Shown: in pieces, positions 1 to 9,737 of the stretch
How positions within the stretch are numbered: position 1 is the first letter of the stretch
Layout: each line of letters starts with the position of its first letter
NCBI GenBank assembly: GCA_965644295.1
Contig: CBFFRP010000177.1
Location: 1 to 41,588, forward strand
Reading direction: 5' to 3'
DNA length: 41,588 bases
Source: Paraphysomonas bandaiensis
Lineage: Eukaryota > Protista > Chrysophyceae
Position numbers and translations under genes: made by a program
Notes under the pieces: generated by a model
Databases searched by the model: none
The model's input: only the letters and a program-made list of their open reading frames with translations
What the model was told of the DNA's origin: nothing

Positions 1-84
1 CTCGTCTATATCTTCACTCGAGAGTTGTTCAGGTTGATTGTTCTTCTTGTTGACCCAGTCAGAGAATGAGCTGCTCTTCGTCAT
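1..84 (-). CDS. 5' end of a gene running off the window (MTKSSSFSDWVNKKNNQPEQLSSEDIDE...), product unknown
   Basis: ATG at 84-82 followed by 28 open codons to the window edge. Protein-like composition, unlike the adjacent TAC/CAG-rich non-coding DNA. Confidence 0.45.
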   Translation of the reverse strand, partial: MTKSSSFSDWVNKKNNQPEQLSSEDIDE

Positions 85-705
85 GTGTCGATATTGCATA
101 CACACAGTGTCAATAAATTATAACACGAATTGTTCTCGAATTGTTTGGTGTTTATATATACGAGTTTTGAGGACGAGTTGACTGGGTGAGTTTCTGTTAT
201 GAGTGTGTCTGTAGACTGCTGTGTACATGACTACTTGAATAAGCAAGTACATACCGCTATACATGTACAGCAGTACTGTGCATGCATACAGCAGTACATG
301 TGTAAGTGTGTAAGTACATGTCCAGCAGTATGTACGCGCTTGTATACCATGAGTATACGTTATAAAATATATCATCGCTAGTTTTTTACGTATACATCTC
401 ATATGGAATTATATGCTTCACATACAGTACTAGGAATCTCCCTGCGAATTTATTGTATATACATGTATGAATGTCTACCTACTAGGTACTGCTGTATGTA
501 CGTGTACTGTACCTATACAAGCACATCAAGGAGGTCGTTGGCACTGGCACATATCTTCCAGACCCCTCTGATTATAATAAACACACTCAGTATATTAGAT
601 TCCAACTCGTTTCACTGCTGTATGTGTTCCAATTAACTGGAGTTTATAATCAGATAGGAGTTAGTTGATATAATTAGAGGGCGTGCATAATATAATTATA
701 GTAAT

Positions 706-3700
706 ATGGATGTGGGATCTGCTGCATGGATCCCTGCGAGCTCAACTCTTGCCAACGATACAATGTCCCTGGTGAATTAATGTATGGTAAACGGGAAGGG
801 CTGCATGGTTGCTTTCTGTAACACATCTCGAGTATGGAAGATGCAGACAATGCTATATTTGTATTGGAGTAGGATCCATCTGTAAAAGTAAAAGCAAAAT
901 TGAATGATGCTATACCGCGCGATCCTATGGGGGAGTCATCAGTCGATGATATAGTTCAGCTTCAGTACCCGAATGAAGGGTCGATATTATCGACCTTGGC
1001 GAACACTTCCGAAGTGCACATCTCGTGATGCGACTGGGGCGTTATTTTGTGTGTGTGAATCCCGTTAACCGAGTCTCCAGGGAGCAAGGGAGGCCACCGA
1101 GATAGCACTGCTGATATGAGCAATAGATGTACGTGATGCTAGCTCGTCTCTGGACGTGTGTCGCTATAGCAGAGGAGGCAAAGAAGACTGTGTCTGAGAG
1201 CCTAATGGACCAAACGAGTAATTCTTCGCGGGTGCAGCGGGTCTGGCAAGACAGAACTCTCCAAGCGTATAATCCAATATCTCCTTTTTGTTGAAAATCC
1301 TAGACGTGACGGACAGTCGACCAGTATCCCTGCATACGAGCCCCTCGGCCATGCGATGAACCCATACCTTGGTCACCTCTCCTGAAAGTAGAGTTTCGCA
1401 AGCGCTGGTTGCGGCTTCGCTGGTGATGGATGCTTTCGGCTCCGCCCTGTCCGAGCGGTGTCCGACATCTTCCCGACTCATCCGTACCACCCGTTTGGCT
1501 TACAACATGAGTTAGTAGCTGACTATTTCTGCGTCCTGTGCGCTAGTTGTTTGTTTTAGGAGGAAAGCTGCAGAGCGCATCAACGTCATACCTGCTTCTA
1601 GGACGACTTACTCGCATATCTGTGCAAAATATTCAGGATTCCCACCCGTTTAATATATTTGCGTGGCTCACTCTGGGTTCAGGAGCCGAGTCTGAGAAAT
1701 GAATTCAAGATTCCTGCTGCCATCACAGGAGAGTTTGAGTCACACAGCATGTGCCTCTTCTCCGACGTATGTGGATGATGTAGCTCGCAATCTGGAACAT
1801 CTTCGGTCCCTTCTAGAAAGTGTTGGAATGCCGGGAGAAGCGTGGGCTGATATCCTAGCAAGATAATTGCAGCAGTAATGCGTTTGCAGCGCTTTCTGGC
1901 TGTATCCGAGAAGTTCGAATGCTGCGACCATCCTCACCCGCCACCAAGAACCATGTCCTTTATGCTGAGACTATTCTTGGTATGGAGACAGGAACTCTCG
2001 GCCCGGTGTTGCTGAAGAAGAGCATAGATATATCTGGTACTAAGAGCTACAAGAACCTTACACAGGAAGATTCTAAAGCAGCGATATTTACTCTTGGTGT
2101 AGAACTTTACACCCGTGCTTTTAATTACCTCCTTAGACTCTGCAACGATTACTCGAGTTCTGTTGGGGAAGGCGCGAGGCCTGGCGGCCCAACCCTGCAG
2201 ATTATTGGTGTCAATGGTAATGAGAATTTCAGAAAATACACCACCTAATGCTCTTCCACAGTTTTGTTGTAACTTAGTGGAAGAAAAGTTCAATGAACAC
2301 CTTATATATCGTTCGTTTCGGCGGGAGATTGAGTTTCCTACGCATGGAAGGCGTGGAGGCTCCGCCCGTCGGAGGTGCTAGCAGACCCGGAACCTATGGC
2401 ACAGCTGCTCGATGTTCCCCCAACGGGAATAGTGTCTTTACTTGAGGAAGCGTGCTTATTTCCACGTGGAAATGACAACGCGTTGCTGGATAAAATATTT
2501 TCTACGCACAGTAAAGGCAAGCTTGTGAAAACAGCAGGTCGCAAAGAGAAGAGACACTTGTTTCGTGGTAAAGCATACTTTCGGAGAAGGTGACTTATGA
2601 TATCGATGGGTTCGTGGCTGCCAATAAAACTCGCCTCCCTCCAGAGATGTGAAGACCCTGATACAAACAGTGCTCATTAGGAAATTTCCCTTTCTTGCAT
2701 CTGATGCGGATGTTGCAGCCGACGAGGAGGCAGAGCGCTCCCTAAGGGCAGAAGGGCGATGGATAAGTCAGCTCTTAAGGCTGCTTTATGTGCCAATCAA
2801 AACCAGGGACCAGACGAAAAAGCTAATCGATTCCATTGGCGGATCAGAAAAAGAAGGCACCGCGGATCCAATGATGGTTTCTGCGTGCGGGGAAGCGCTG
2901 ATCTCAAGAGCTTTACCTTGGACCCCAGTTACCCCGCTCCGCAGGTTCGGTTCCTTAATCTGGCTGAATTTAGCTGCATTCTTCAAGAGAAGGATTTGCG
3001 CATCGACAACACTACCGTGAATTCTATGAGAGGTACCGGGTGATGTGTTTCCGTGCAGTTTTGATGGCCTTCCCTGGAAAATGCCGTCTGAGAGGTGATA
3101 ACAAGGCACTGACTCGAGGGCTGCTAAGGGAGTGTGGCGTCACTGGCGTGCATACCCCAACCTCCTTGCAGATGAAGCCATTGCACCTGTTTTTGGGAAT
3201 ACATTCATTTTTCTCTCAAGGAAAGACTGATAGAGATCCTTGATGGCTTGCGCTCGGACGCGTTGAAGAAATTTGCCCAAGCCGTGGTGTTGATTCAAGC
3301 CGGGTCTCGCATGAAGCTCAGCAGGACATGGTTCACATCCCTCCGGAGGGGTATCATGACTGTGCAGATCTGTATACCGAATGTGGGTCTGCCGAACTCG
3401 TTTTCGCAACACTCTGAATAGCGCGCGGCGTATCCAGGGATTTTATCTGATGAAGAAGATGTCTTCTAAGTACAAACAAATAAAAGGTGCTGTGATGACC
3501 ATTAAGAGGAGATTATTAGACAAAATGGTTCAACGCATTCGATATAAAAGGCTACAACGTGCTACGAGGGTGCTGCATCATTTGTCTCGAGGGTTTGTGA
3601 TAAGGCAGCAGATAAACCACGTTATAAGGGCAGTGCTCAAGCTTCAGACCTTTGCTAAAGACTTTGTCAAGCGCAATCGGTTGTATTACTTTCGCCGTGT

Positions 3701-6700
3701 GGCGATTGTGCGTATCCAACGAGTTTTTCGCGGGTCGTATGTAAGACACTTGAACAGGCCTATCGTACGAGCCTTAAAAATTAGAAAAAGTCAGCGAGTT
3801 GGGACTGCAGCTGTGAAAAAATTACAGTCTGCTTGGAGAATGCAACGCGTCAGAAAGAGGTTCCTTTGACATTAACAATGCCGCAAGAACTATTCAAATG
3901 TGGTCATTAGACATCGCGTTAAAAGAGATATATCTCAAACAGCTCGTTGTCGTGCGCTGGCTGCAATGCACAGCTAGACGCGTTGACTGCTACCAACACT
4001 GTTAATTCTCTTCGTGTTCGGGAAATGGTGAAGCAAGAAGCTTATTGTGCTGCGTGATATTCGAGATATGGAGCTAAGCTCGGTGGCGTACAAGAACATT
4101 AGTACGGAGAAAACTTCCAGATCTCAGAATCGGCGGGGGTTACTATCGCAACGCACACGATAAATTTGGCCGCCACTCTGATAGGTTTGGATGTCACCTT
4201 CGACATTTCTATGAAGCTTATCCTGAGGGGTGGAGTGAAAACGCTGCTTAATTTCGATGATAAACTTCGAAAGTGCGGCTCAGCGCAGACTCTGGAAGGT
4301 AGCCATTGGGCGCACCCACACAATACTGGTTGATTCTTATTCTGGCAGTGTGTACGTTTTGGCCTTGGAGACAATGGCCAGCTGGGTCATGGTACACGGG
4401 CTAATGAAGTAGAGCCGAGACCTTTGGACACATCTGGGGTTATCAATCAGCAGCTGCAGAAGGAAGGGGCATTGCGAGGGTCTGTCGCGGCTAAAGTTGA
4501 CGTGCTGAATGTATGTGCTAAGAGATCATACTCTACTCCCTTACGGCTCCCGCCGTGTGTACAGTTGGGGAGGGAACCGTAGAGGTCAATTGGGGCATAG
4601 CGATTGCAAGGACTCTGCCCTCCCACGCATTGTTCACGGACCCAAAATGTGCGTGTCATTTCATGTGGGTCTTATCACTCGGCATGTCTGGCGGACCCAG
4701 GAATACTCTATACTTGGGGGCACGCGAGTGCTTGGGGGCGAATGTCTGACTCCGATAGTTCCACTGCGCGAACGCTTCCATTCTTTAACAAACGTCGGGT
4801 GCAACTAATGGTATGTGGAGACGCTCATGTAACAGTGCGAAGTGGGGCTGACTTCTATTCCTGGGGTGTCAACACCCATGGTCAGTTGGGCAGTGGTGTG
4901 GAGGAAGGCGCCAGCATTGCTGGAGAAGATGAGTTTGATAATGATACCACAACTAGACATCAAATTCGTGGGAAGGATAGCTGTGTTCCAGTTTTGGTGG
5001 ATATCCCATCTGCGAAGTGGTCGGAAGCGGATCAGATGAGTGCTATTCTGGTAGCTGGAGGGAAGCATATGCTTCTTGCGGTGCGAAATCATCTGTGGGC
5101 GTGGGGTTGGAACAAGTTTGGACAGATTGGATGTGGGCATAACGACGACGTGTTCTCGCCAGTTCGAATACCTCTCAATGGCCCCAAATTCGCCGCAGTG
5201 TTACAGGGTGACAAGCAGAGCCTTGCCAAAAAGCATACAACTATAGCCGGACGAATTACTCATCTAGTTGCAGGGTGGCGACATTCGATGGCGCTTACCA
5301 AAGGTGGTGTGGTATACGTATGGGGAGTTTCTGGCCTCCATGATTCAACTACTACGCCTGCGGGGTCATCTTCATCAATATCTTGTGACCAGTCTGTTGA
5401 TATCAACACCAAAGCGGCGAGCCCTGTGGTATCACTGTCGGGCGACGGCAGTGTTGACCCCTTACTGGACGACATGTCTATTGGAAGCAAAGACTCAGAC
5501 ATCAGCGACATACCACCACTTTGCCCCCCTGCTCTTCTCACACCTCATATACTTGGAGTTCCGAATCGATTGGCACCGTATTCGGTACTTGGCCTGTTCT
5601 CATGCTGCAGTAGTACCTTCTCTTTGTCTGCTCTAGAGCTGGAAGAGAAGGACGCACCAAAAGAGCCCCTCAGGAAACAAAAATATATCAGTAAACGAAC
5701 TTCTGATTCGTTGTTGTTCCACGAGGGTGCTGATGTACAGCGCGAGATTACGGAAAGAGTGCGCACTGAGCTAGGGCCGTGGTCTTATAACTCCAAAGCA
5801 AAGGAGAACAAGGACGCATCCACAAAGAATGTGGAAGCCGTAAAATCATCATCTGCGGCACCCCCATCAAGCCCCTCTAACGGAAAGAAATCTCGGCCTT
5901 CTCCTCAAAAAGGCAATCAATCTCGTGTGGATGAAACACACCGAAGTAATCGGAGTAAAGAGGGACAAGTGACCCATGAAGGGCTTCTTCAGCTTTTTTC
6001 ACCTGTTAAACGCCCGGTAACCTACACATATCAGTCAGAACGAGTAAATGTGGATGATCTTTTTAGAATTCCAGACGAGTTTCAGGAACCCAGCACACCA
6101 GAGGAGATTAGCAGGAGAATGGGTGACATTGCGAGGCGAAATATGGCTGGTTCTACTCGACGACGTGCCTCTGCAGTTGGTGTAGATGCGGAAAATATAT
6201 CGATATCGAGCAAGGCCCGCAAACGGCGTACTTCCGTGCTATCACTTCACAGTGGAAAGAGTGGGGATAACTTTACCACAGATGACCGCAGCATGCGTGC
6301 ACCACGCAGATCTTCAGTGGTGTTGACAGGGCAAAAGGATCCAGTGAGTCGAGCAATGTCGGTCGAGGAGAAAAGGAAAGATCGAGCTGCCGCATTGAGA
6401 CGGATAACGAAGTCTGATAAAGCCAAGCCGTCCGGCATGTACTCTAGACTCGATGAAGACGTGGATAGCTTGGGTGAGAGCATCCAATCCATTCGCCATA
6501 CCAAGGCACGTGCAAAGGGTTCATCTCCTCTACGCGTGCATACGCCCAGCAGTACCATGCTCTTGGGGGAACTTGATGATACCCAAGTAGAAGACGGGGA
6601 AAATGAGGGACTCAGTTTTGTAGCTGTAAGTGATCTCGCGACGATGATTCAAGGGATTAAGAAAGAATCACTGAAACAAATGTCCATGTCCTGGCGCCAT

Positions 6701-6703
6701 TAG
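706..6703 (+). CDS. Divergent myosin heavy chain: motor domain, IQ motifs, RCC1 repeats and a basic disordered tail. The 5' two-thirds is frameshifted in this sequence (sequencing error or pseudogene)
   Basis: Myosin motifs occur in order across shifting frames: VDDIVQLQYPNEGSILSTL (~942), VNP (~1056), P-loop-like GAAG/SGKT (~1231-1252), MDAFGSA (1426; cf. LEAFGNA), SSR (1468), a GT-AG intron at 1511-1559, NALPQFCCNLVEEKFNEH (~2247) and PTGIVSLLEEACLFPRGND (~2420). IQ-like repeats (IQGFY, LQTFAK, IQRVFRG, LQSAWR) lie at ~3290-3970. RCC1 repeats (GLGDNGQLGHG, SWGGNRRGQLG, SWGVNTHGQLG, WGWNKFGQIG, AGWRHS) lie at ~4290-5340. The ORF is intact from ~4640 to the stop at 6703. Confidence 0.8.
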
Positions 6704-8163
6704 TTAAACAATATCACATATGTTAATATCTATAGTGTATAGCAGCCGTACAAGAAAAGTAGTTAGACTTTTTTGTTTTGGGTGTTGCATAAGTACTCGG
6801 AAAGGTGGTTTATTCCTTTAAGTAATGTCTTGGAGCGTTATGAAGAGTATTATCGCTGTGCTCTATCATGATGGTGTCACTACATCTGTCGTAATATTTG
6901 ATTGCAAAAGGTCTTCATAGCATGGCCTCCGTTCTGACACTGGTAGCACTCACCCTTGCCAGTTTGACGGTTACATAAATATAGTTGCATCTCGTTTACT
7001 TGGCTCTACCCTGGGTGTTACGCATAAAGGGGTATCTTCTCGAGGTCAGCCACGTGTGTACAGGTACTAAATTCTTGCAATATAGATTAGAGAATATCCG
7101 GCGGCTGCCTCGCTGCCTCTGTCACTCTGTCACACCTTTTTGCACAACGATGCTAGTGTATTGAAGGTCTTATTATTATTAGCAATATGTGTTAAGAATC
7201 AGCACCAGTTTAGTAGCTAGATGAAAACTAGTCAAGCTAGATAGACGTCTACCTGTAACTAACTAGTACAAAATCTATTATCCTACTATTTAACGCTACG
7301 GAGACTGCTTGTGCGTCGCCGCAAGCACCAAGGTGCAACCACCTCCGATCTATCTCTCAAAGCAAAGGCAGTGAGCAAGCAGAAGGTTGATATAGCTGAC
7401 ATCTGCTGACTTCAGGATTATTGAGTCCTTGAGTTAAACAATATCACATATGTTAATATCTATAGTGTATAGCAGCCGTACAAGAAAAGTAGTTAGACTT
7501 TTTTGTTTTGGGTGTTGCATAAGTACTCGGAAAGGTGGTTTATTCCTTTAAGTAATGTCTTGGAGCGTTATGAAGAGTATTATCGCTGTGCTCTATCATG
7601 ATGGTGTCACTACATCTGTCGTAATATTTGATTGCAAAAGGTCTTCATAGCATGGCCTCCGTTCTGACACTGGTAGCACTCACCCTTGCCAGTTTGACGG
7701 TTACATAAATATAGTTGCATCTCGTTTACTTGGCTCTACCCTGGGTGTTACGCATAAAGGGGTATCTTCTCGAGGTCAGCCACGTGTGTACAGGTACTAA
7801 ATTCTTGCAATATAGATTAGAGAATATCCGGCGGCTGCCTCGCTGCCTCTGTCACTCTGTCACACCTTTTTGCACAACGATGCTAGTGTATTGAAGGTCT
7901 TATTATTATTAGCAATATGTGTTAAGAATCAGCACCAGTTTAGTAGCTAGATGAAAACTAGTCAAGCTAGATAGACGTCTACCTGTAACTAACTAGTACA
8001 AAATCTATTATCCTACTATTTAACGCTACGGAGACTGCTTGTGCGTCGCCGCAAGCACCAAGGTGCAACCACCTCCGATCTATCTCTCAAAGCAAAGGCA
8101 GTGAGCAAGCAGAAGGTTGATATAGCTGACATCTGCTGACTTCAGGATTATTGAGTCCTTGAG
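6702..8163. repeat. Exact tandem duplication, 2 x 730 bp (6702-7431, 7432-8161) with 2-nt AG junction microhomology
   Basis: agttaaacaatatcacata starts at both 6702 and 7432. The copies read identically by eye through ...ttgagtccttgag. Confidence 0.95.
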
Positions 8164-9250
8164 GTGAACATCCCGGATGCCTGTTTATTCGTCAAGGAGT
8201 TCCAAAGTCTAAACAAGTGACACTTATTGGTGTCCCTTGTACCACACAAGCATTCGGCTATGAGTGGACAGAACAATATCTGCTGACTGTATATGCGGCT
8301 CAAGTTAGTTTCCGATACTTCACGAAAAAGTGCGACTGTGGTTGAGGGAACGATGATAGTGGTTGTGTATCGTACATCGTCGTCCCAACAATGACGATCT
8401 ACTGTTATTTACACTTACTGTTTCACCAGAATCCTTGATCTGTAAATCGTAATGTAGCAATAGTTGGGTAGGTATTTTTAAATTTACACCAAAAATGAAG
8501 TTTTTATGTTCTTTTCTTGCCATTGGTCTTACACGCAAGGTGCTGAAACCGTTCTATAAGCTGAACCAGGGCCTGGTAACCATTAATGGTTCATTAATAT
8601 ATAGAAGTAGATAAACCGCTTATTATAGAGAGTGTGGTTCTCCCTTTATTACTAATTCAGAAATTAATGTCTGATCATTTGCGATATACGTGTAAGAGTC
8701 AGAACTAATGTAGCAAAACAATATTTGGTGCTACAAAAAACAAAAAGCCACTTTCGCTCTCTGTTCTTAAGGTGAGTAGCCCGGATGCTTGACGTCAACA
8801 GACAGCCCATACCCCACGTGCCTGTATATTTGTCAAGGCCAAAAAAGCGATTAGATGTTCTTATGTTATGCTCTTGTGCTCTAATAGATTTCTGTGGAAT
8901 GCAAGTACAGTTGAAGATGCTATTCGTGTTTGTAATGAGTAACTAATATAATTAGACAATAATTGGCAATTAAATTGCAATTATAATTGCGCGAGCTATA
9001 ACTTATATTTGTAATTTAACTGCTAAAAGCTTCTGCAATTAAATTTCAATTAATTGTTATGCAGCCCCGACGTCTACACATGTGACACTTATTAGTGTCC
9101 CTTGTACCTCACAAGTATTTAGTCTATGAGTGGGCAGAACAATAGCCGCTGACTATATAATATATATACAGCTCATGTTAGTTTTCCGGAGAAATATCTT
9201 AGGTACTTCTTGTTAAGAACACCACGTAAAAGCGAGGTAGCTTGAGGGAC
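8163..9250 (+). repeat. Diverged local direct repeat: 8163-8350 resembles 8771-8838 plus 9082-9250
   Basis: gtgacacttatt(g/a)gtgtcccttgtacc(a/t)cacaag...ctatgagtgg(a/g)cagaacaata occurs at ~8217 and ~9082. cccggatgc and tgcctgt..at..gtcaagg are also shared. Confidence 0.7.
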
Positions 9251-9444
9251 CAAGGACTCAAATTCCCGACATATTAGTTGTCTGCTGCCTATTCAGTGCT
9301 GCCGATTCAGATGCTGATTATGAAGGAGATATTAATACTATCGGTCAAAAACAGACTACATGTTATATCTTATCCTTTTCATAAATCTAAATGAAAAATA
9401 CATAATCATTTATATTTATCACATCGTATTACTTCTGTACATGT

Positions 9445-9737
9445 TATTAGAATATGGACTGTATCCTAGTATATTCAATGTGGTACTTGAAGACAATGTA
9501 CGAGAATACAGTGAAGTATGGTGATGTGTAGATGCTGTTATGATATTGAGAAAACTGAAATAGTTTGCTCTTTCAAGATATGTTTAGTAGCGAAAGGTCT
9601 ACAGAAGTAGTGATTTATGCATGGCACAAAACGAGCTTGTGTTGTTTAACACAATTTGTGTAAACGATATTAATAAATCTATCTAGTCTAACAACTTAAT
9701 CTCTCTTTGATCTAAGTAAAATGAGCATTTCCCAACA
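9445..9737 (+). repeat. 5' LTR (TATTAG...CCCAACA)
   Basis: Identical to 14608-14900. Preceded by the TSD and followed by the PBS. Contains AATAAA at ~9672. Confidence 0.97.

Noticed and set aside
1164-4659. Short ORFs in the myosin region as separate genes or programmed frameshifting
   Set aside because: The + strand pieces are collinear myosin fragments and the - strand ones are shadows. The shifts are too numerous and lack evident slippery sites.
9442-9444. Canonical TG start for the 5' LTR at 9442
   Set aside because: TGT belongs to the CATGT TSD. The 3' LTR has GAG at the equivalent position, so shared sequence begins at TATTAG.
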